The translations under genes were made by a program, and so were the position numbers. Positions 57,246-64,000 of a stretch of DNA of 64,000 bases are shown in pieces (within the stretch, counting starts at the first letter, position 1; the number at the start of each line of letters is the position of its first letter). The notes beneath the pieces were generated by a model, which was not told the origin of the DNA, ran no database searches, and saw nothing but the letters and a program-made list of their open reading frames with translations. The DNA comes from Paraspadella gotoi (taxonomy: Eukaryota; Animalia; Chaetognatha), in assembly GCA_051294375.1 (NCBI GenBank), contig CM119268.1:1757486-1821485 (forward strand), in the 5' to 3' direction.

Positions 57246-57412
57246 ACTACGTTTTTCTTTTCTTTTTTTTTTTTTTGATTTTGTTTAAAAAAAAATAGTG
57301 AATGTAAAATGTGAACTCCTGTCGGTCGTGTTTTTCATGGCCGGAAAGACCATTTCCTCGTTCCCCTCGCCTCTGCGCTTCATCAATTCCATTTCGCCCG
57401 CGAATCGGCGCC

Positions 57413-58730
57413 ATGACGCTCGTCATCGATGACGAGGAGACGTTAATCTCTCGGCGCCACGGATTTTCTCTCGCCCACTTGATTCGTCCGGCGCGCGCCC
57501 TTCGCGAGCGACTCCTACGGACGATGGTGGCGCGAAGCCGCGTGGTCCTCGGCGCCATCGCATGCTGTCTGTGCCTCTCCTTCGTTAGTTTAGCGGCGCT
57601 TCCGCCCAACCAAGATAAAGCCCCGCCTCTTTGCGATTGCCTCCTGGACTGCGGTGCGCCGAGGAATCCGGCGCTTCGCGCGAGATTATCGCCGAAATCA
57701 ACGGATTCTCACAAGCTGACGGTCATCGTTCCCTTCCGCGACCGATTCGACGAGCTGCTCGAGTTCGTGCCCTTCATGGGCGCCTTTCTGGAAGCTCAAA
57801 ATCTCGACTATGAAATTTTGGTGGTGAATCAGGTACGACTCGGGATAGGACTGAAAATCTACCGACACATACACGGAATACTATTCAATTTGCTAGTTGT
57901 ATCTTTAGGCCGATCCTCACCGGTTCAATCGCGCCGCTTTGATCAACTCCGGATTTCACTTGTCATCCGATGATTCCGACTACATCGCCATGCACGACGT
58001 CGATCTGTTGCCTCTCAATCCAAATCTAAGGCAAGCCACAACTCATCCGCCCCAAGTGACTCGTCTTTAACGAAAGAACTTTTCTCCTCCCAACATCAGT
58101 TATTCATTCCCTTCGAGGGGCCCCTTTCACGTGGCGGCGCCCGGACTGCATCCCCTCTACAACTACGACTCTTTCGTGGGCGGAATCCTCCTCGTCTCCA
58201 AGTCTCACTTCCGCCGCGTCAACGGCCTCTCCAATCTCTTCTGGGGGTGGGGTCGGGAGGACGACGATTTTTACCTCAGACTCAGGGCCGCCGGCGTTTC
58301 AGTGCTCAGGCCCAATGCGAGCGAGATGACGACAGGGAGACAGAATACCTTCCGCCACGTTCACGGCGCCAACCGGAAACGGGACCAAATTCGATACGGC
58401 CAACAGAAAACGCTGTCGCGGCAGATGGATGTTACGACAGGTAGAGAGAAAGAGAGAGAGACGTTGGATAAAAATTCTTCAAACATTAAATTACTTTATT
58501 CTTCAGGTCTCGACAGCGTCTCCTACAAAGTTGTCAAAAGCCAATCTCTTTCCGTGGACGGGTTCACGGCCCGCGTGGCCCACGTGCAACTTCACTGTGA
58601 CTATGACCGAACCCCGTGGTGCGATCATCTTCTCAGTGAGGAAGAGATCGCCACGGTCTTGGCGCGTCAAAAACGCGATCGACAAAACCGCAAGAAGCGG
58701 GCCGAGGAAAAGAAGAAGAACATGTCTTGA
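57413..58730 (+). CDS. B4GALT7: Beta-1,4-galactosyltransferase 7 (xylosylprotein GalT-I)
   Basis: TM anchor; [23 protein letters not shown]; RFNRAALIN; [13 protein letters not shown]; [18 protein letters not shown]; [11 protein letters not shown]. Confidence 0.95.
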
Positions 58731-58931
58731 GAAATCCTAACCAAAGTAAAAAGTGCCACCAGAAATTGTTACATTACGTTAATTTGTAGCTTAGACGATT
58801 TTTAATTTCTCTTGCCATCATGACCATGCGATACATTTATATTTATTCGTTATTTACAACTCTTTTATTTTTAATACCTCTAGCGTGATAGAGAGGAGAG
58901 GGAGTCTCTTTGCACCTAGAAAGGCTTCAAG

Positions 58932-60818
58932 ATGGCGGACAGAATGTGGAACATTCGACAATCGGCGATGAACAATTCTACCGACCTGCAAGAGTTTCTC
59001 AAGGACCTCAACGATTGGGAGGGCGACATCAAGCAGAAGGACGACAAACTCAAGTCAGGTCCCAAAGAAACGACGGACGATCTCCCACCGATTCGTGGCG
59101 CCTCGAGAAAGAAGAAGGGAGACGAGGCGAAGAAGGGGGGCGGGGAAGAAGTCACCGGCCAGAGCCCGCCCGTCTCTGCACCGTCGCTCGAGAACGGAGT
59201 CCCGACCAAAAAGAGAAAGCCCACTCCGCGAGACTTTCGTGCTTGGGACAAGATGGACGTCGATCGAATGCTCAAGGAACTCGACGAAGAAGACGTTAAA
59301 CTTAAAGTCGAGGCGGCCGAGTCGGACTCATCTGAGGAAGAGGAAGAGAGCGACGCCGCGGCCAAACTCCGAAAGAGGGCCGCTTTCGAAAAGGATCGCG
59401 GCAACGAGTATTTCCGAAAAGGCGACTACAACAACGCCGTCGAGTGTTACGGACGCGGAATCGGCGCCGATCCTCGAAACGCCGTCCTCTTCGCCAATCG
59501 CGCCATGGCGCTGCTCAAACAAGAAAAATACGGCGCTGCCGAGGCCGACTGCGACGTCGCATTGGACATCGACCCGGCCTACGTCAAGGCGCTTTTGCGG
59601 CGCGGCGCCGCCAGAATGTCGTTGGGAAAGTTGGACGACGCCGAGACGGATTTCGAAGACGTTTTGTTTTTGGAAGGGAACAACAAACAAGCGAAACAGG
59701 AGTTGGCCAAAGTCAAGAAGTTGATAGACAAAAGGGGATTTGAGAAAAAAGAGAAAGAAAAGTCGGCGAAACCCGAAAAGCAGGTGCGGTTCTCCGAAAA
59801 ATCGACGATCGAAAAGGATAAAGTCGATCCCAAAAAAGAAGAAAAGAAAATGGACGGCCGCGTCTATCCCATCGAGAAACCGGCGGAGAAGAGATCGAAA
59901 AATCCCCTGCGGAGAATCCCTATTCAAGAGGTGGGCCTGAGTGCGGAGGAGATGGCGAGCAAGAGCAGCGCGGAGCGAATGAGGCAGAAAAGGCTCAACC
60001 AAATGTCTGAAACCGATTTGAAGTTCTTCAAGGGTTTGGGAGAGGAGGAGGAGGAGAGGGAGATCGAATTGGAAGTGAGAGAGAAGCCGATGAAGCCCGC
60101 GATGATTCAGGTGTTGGGCAAGTCGGAGAAAAAGCCGACGAAAAAGGAGGCCAAGTTAAAGGAGGATGGAGGAAAAGCCAAGATTCAATTATTGAAAACG
60201 AAAGACGTTAAAGTAAACGGAAGCGGCGACGACGACGGCGAGGAAAATCCTCTGCAAAGCGTGAGAATAAATCGACCCACGAACAAAGAGGATTATTGGC
60301 AGTCGGTAGCCGAGGATCTCGATCCCGAGCGAAAAACTCGAAAGGGATCCAAGGCAGATTCGCCTCGCTCTACCGAAAAGACCGCGACCACCGCCGACAT
60401 TGGCGACAGCTTTTCTCGCCTTGCTATCGCCTCCGTCGACGTGCCTTCCCCACCCAAAACCGCCCTGCAGTTGCAAACCGACCTGAATCGATTGAGAAAC
60501 GCGTCGACGTCTTCCGCTTTAAAGTATCTTCTCGCCATCGCGCCGGAATCCCTGCCCGGCGTCATCGGCAACATGCTCGACACGGATCTCCTCATGTCCG
60601 TCGTGCGGATCTTCGACGACACAGTGGACGAATACGACGTCGACACGAGTTCGTATCTCTTATCTCTCTCCAAGACGAACAGATTCGACATGGCGGCCAT
60701 GTTCATGACTCAGAAGGACAAAGAGACCGTGAATCGATTGGTGCGGCGTTTGACAGAGAAAGGCTTGATCGAATCGAAAACCTCGGGTGTCGTCTCCAAG
60801 AAATATGGAATCGTTTAA
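58932..60818 (+). CDS. RPAP3: RNA polymerase II-associated protein 3 (R2TP co-chaperone), intronless
   Basis: LQEFLKDLNDWEGDIKQKD; DFRAWDKMDVDRMLKELD; TPR segment EKDRGNEYFRKGDY..NRAMALLKQ; C-terminal LSKTNRFDMAAMFMT. Confidence 0.93.
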   Translation: MADRMWNIRQSAMNNSTDLQEFLKDLNDWEGDIKQKDDKLKSGPKETTDDLPPIRGASRKKKGDEAKKGGGEEVTGQSPPVSAPSLENGVPTKKRKPTPRDFRAWDKMDVDRMLKELDEEDVKLKVEAAESDSSEEEEESDAAAKLRKRAAFEKDRGNEYFRKGDYNNAVECYGRGIGADPRNAVLFANRAMALLKQEKYGAAEADCDVALDIDPAYVKALLRRGAARMSLGKLDDAETDFEDVLFLEGNNKQAKQELAKVKKLIDKRGFEKKEKEKSAKPEKQVRFSEKSTIEKDKVDPKKEEKKMDGRVYPIEKPAEKRSKNPLRRIPIQEVGLSAEEMASKSSAERMRQKRLNQMSETDLKFFKGLGEEEEEREIELEVREKPMKPAMIQVLGKSEKKPTKKEAKLKEDGGKAKIQLLKTKDVKVNGSGDDDGEENPLQSVRINRPTNKEDYWQSVAEDLDPERKTRKGSKADSPRSTEKTATTADIGDSFSRLAIASVDVPSPPKTALQLQTDLNRLRNASTSSALKYLLAIAPESLPGVIGNMLDTDLLMSVVRIFDDTVDEYDVDTSSYLLSLSKTNRFDMAAMFMTQKDKETVNRLVRRLTEKGLIESKTSGVVSKKYGIV

Positions 60819-60961
60819 ATCTCTGTGAATCTATATCAATCCTAATGCCAAGAAATAGTTATGCCGTTGCCTTGCGAATAACGTTTTCTCTTAATTTATC
60901 GTTAGGGCGTCTTAGAAAGTTGAACCCGATTTTAGCTTTCAGAAATAAGTACATTCCCAAG

Positions 60962-63229
60962 ATGGCGTCGTCATTGCGCGGCGGTTCGGCGAGGCTCTTG
61001 TATTCGGCGCAACGTGGTCTGTGGCTGGAAAAACCGCTGGCGAGATGCTACGCCTCCAGCTCCGGTTTGTTAATTTTATTATTTATTAATTAATTTCATA
61101 AATTTTGAAAATTGTTTAATTTTACAACGTTCCAACGATAGTTCCGACTACGAAAATGTGGATTCACGGAAAGCCCGTTGATTCGCAGACGAAAGACTGG
61201 ATCGACCTGCCCGATCCCGCGACCAACAAAGTTGTCACTCGCGTTCCAAAGTGTACGCAGGCCGAAATGCAGGCGGCCGTCGACAGGTATGCTTTTCAGT
61301 TTTGAATTACTTATTTTTTACAACTTTTATCCTGTCGGCTTTGCCATTTTCTTTTCCTTGTTTCCTCCAGTTGCAAAGAAGCGTTTAAGTCTTGGTCCCA
61401 AACTTCAGTCTTAACGAGACAGCAGTGCATGTTCAAGCTGCAAGCGCTCATTCGCGCCAACATTTCCGAGGTGGCGAAGAATATCACGAAGCAACAGGGG
61501 AAGACGCTCGTGGATGCGGAGGGCGACGTCATCAGGGGATTACAGGCGAGAACGACGTCGATAATCCATAATCTTTTAACAAGGCTCTTGTCAAGGGATG
61601 TTTCTTTTTGGTTTGAAGGTTGTGGAGCACGCCTGTTCCGTTACCAACCTCCAGTTGGGAGAGACGATGAATTCCGTGTCAAAGGACATGGACACTACTA
61701 CATTTAGGGTGCCGCTGGGTGTTACCTCTGGTATGTATGTTCGTCAAATCGTATCATTTAACAGTTTGTTTGTAGTCATTATTTACTTACTCGTTTCCAG
61801 GGATAACCCCCTTCAATTTTCCCGCAATGATTCCCCTCTGGATGTTCCCCATGGCGTTGGTGACTGGAAACACAATGGTGATGAAACCTTCAGAGCGCGA
61901 CCCCGGCGCCACCATGATGTTCATGGAGATGAGCAAAGAAGCGGGGATTCCGGATGGCTGCGTCAACGTCATACACGGGAGTCACGACGCCGTCAACTTT
62001 ATCTTGCAAAATCCGGATATCAGAGCAGTTTCCTTCGTTGGCTCAGATCAGGTAAATTTTAGTGAAAAACACAAATTACGTATTAAAGACAAAATGACGT
62101 ATTACCATCGTCAACTGTTACACCAGGCCGGTCAGTACATTTACGAAGAAGGCGCCAAAAGGGGCAAGCGCGTTCAATCCAACATGGGCGCTAAAAATCA
62201 CGGGGTAATCATGCCGGACGCCAACAAAGAAAACACGCTCAACCAACTCGTCGGGGCCGCTTTCGGCGCCGCCGGTCAGCGCTGCATGGCGCTATCGACG
62301 GCTATTTTCGTGGGCAAGGCGAAAGACTGGATTCCGGAATTGGTGGAGCGGGCCCAAAAGCTCAAAGGTAATTATTAAACTTATTAAACTTCTCTACGAT
62401 GTCAGTTAAGGAACATTTTATTTTATTTTTTCAATCGTGATCGCAGTCAATGCCGGACACGAACCGGGCGCCGATTTGGGTCCCGTAATTTCCCCCGAAG
62501 CAAAGAATCGAATCTGCGATTTGATTCAGTCCGGCGCCAACGAGGGCGCCGAGGTCGTCCTCGACGGCAGGACCATCTCCGTTCCAGGGTAAAGCCGCTG
62601 CCCGTTCAAAGCATTTTCGATTCTCACTCTGAACTCGAAGATGAACACAAAAAATTTGGGTTTACAGATACGAAAGCGGAAACTTTGTGGGGCCGACCGT
62701 GTTGACGAACGTCAAGCCAAACATGGAGTGTTATCAGGAAGAAATCTTCGGGCCCGTGCTCGTCACTTTGGAGGCGGAAACGCTGGACGAGGCCGTCGAC
62801 ATCATTAATAGGTTAGTAACGCTAAGCATTTAATAAGAATGAAACATTTTCCCCAAAAAAATATTTTATTTTCAGTAACCGTTACGGCAACGGGACCGCC
62901 ATCTTCACCACCAACGGAGCCACGGCTCGCAAGTTCACCAACGACATCGACGTGGGTCAAGTGGGCATCAACGTCCCCATCCCCGTTCCGCTCCCGATGT
63001 TCTCCTTCACGGGGTCGAGGTAATTATCGAGTTGAGAGAAGAATTGATTCCTTCTTCATTTTCCTCTTTCCTCTTTCCCTCCCTCAGAGGCTCTTTCCGA
63101 GGAGACGCCAATTTTTACGGCAAGGGCGCCATCCAGTTTTACACCCAAGTCAAGACTGTGACGTCGCAGTGGAAAGAGGAGGACGTCACGCACACCAAGG
63201 CGGCCGTCAGCATGCCCGTCTTGCAGTAG
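60962..63229 (+). CDS. ALDH6A1: Methylmalonate-semialdehyde dehydrogenase
   Basis: [22 protein letters not shown]; [14 protein letters not shown]; KPSERDPGA; NMGAKNH; [12 protein letters not shown]; EEIFGPVL; [12 protein letters not shown]. Confidence 0.96.
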
Positions 63230-63594
63230 ACGGACTCGTCTTCTTCGACGAGAAAAAAAAATGTTATTTGTGTTACAAATTTCTCAAGTTTTTTTTTTTT
63301 TATAACTTCAACAATAACTTGTTCGTTAGTGATTCAAATTTATTTCGCGATATTTTACAGCCAGTCAAAACTTTTACTGACAAGTCAATTTTAGTTTAAT
63401 TTTTAGTTTCCCTCTTTATTAATAATTTAACTTAATTCGTCCGTATTGACAGCTTCTTTATACATGCCGCTTTTTTCGTTTTAAGTTCGTTATCCTTTAT
63501 GAAAAATCGTGATCCCTGGTAAGCCGAGACCCGGAAACAATCACACGACTATCCCAACTGTTGTTCACCCACAGACACCCCCCCCAAAAAAAAA

Positions 63595-64000
63595 ATGCTT
63601 AAAAAGTCGTCGGATGCGTCGGCGTCCAAATCGCGGTCTCACTCTTCACGATTTCACTCCAATGCGTCGCGACCTTCTAACGTCCGAACCAATTCTCAGT
63701 CCGCGAATCCTGTCCAAAACAAAGAAGGTTGGAAAAAAGTAATTAAATACATATATGCAAACATACATGTTATTTACATGTAATTAAAATTTATTCCGTA
63801 GTTGACATTTTTCAACTCCCTTGTCCCACAGCTTCCTCCTCCGCTCGTCGTCGTAAGGAGACGACTGGCGAGGACGTGCCTCCCTCGACGGAGGCGCCGC
63901 CCGTGCCCCCTCGCCAGCCAGTCTCCCGAGGCAAGTTGGCCGAGCACTCCTTCCTCACAGACGTTGCCGACGTTAAAGAGATGGAAACGGGGCTTTTGTC
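63595..64000 (+). CDS. CCDC28: CCDC28A/B family protein, 5' part (runs off the window)
   Basis: Exons 63595-63727 and 63832 to the window end; EHSFLTDVADVKEMETGLL matches the conserved CCDC28 motif as I recall it. Confidence 0.8.

Overview
Gene-dense animal (metazoan) genomic DNA with GC/CpG-rich exons, short AT-rich introns and a few N-gaps. It encodes a secreted C-type lectin, an ABCC/MRP transporter and TSNAXIP1 (minus strand). These are followed by 13 consecutive plus-strand genes with mostly very short spacers: WDR92, TTC21B, an ankyrin-SOCS protein, NICN1, IFT20, MAK/ICK, RING1/RNF2, SPG7, MTPAP, B4GALT7, RPAP3, ALDH6A1 and CCDC28 (partial). The most striking signal is three sequence-divergent, circularly permuted (P5-type) twister-ribozyme folds in introns (51840-51922 +, 47313-47386 -, 19492-19554 -). 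They covary at both pseudoknots, two sit directly behind a tRNA-like Pol III head, and all three have P1 reduced to a short self-complementary sequence. Other notable items: a ciliary gene cluster under a bidirectional promoter with two RFX X-boxes, with operon-like spacing; a nested antisense two-Ig-domain membrane protein gene inside a MAK intron; two hAT elements with perfect 8-bp TSDs; and a hammerhead-like core inside a long inverted repeat. All calls were made by eye, without database searches or folding software.
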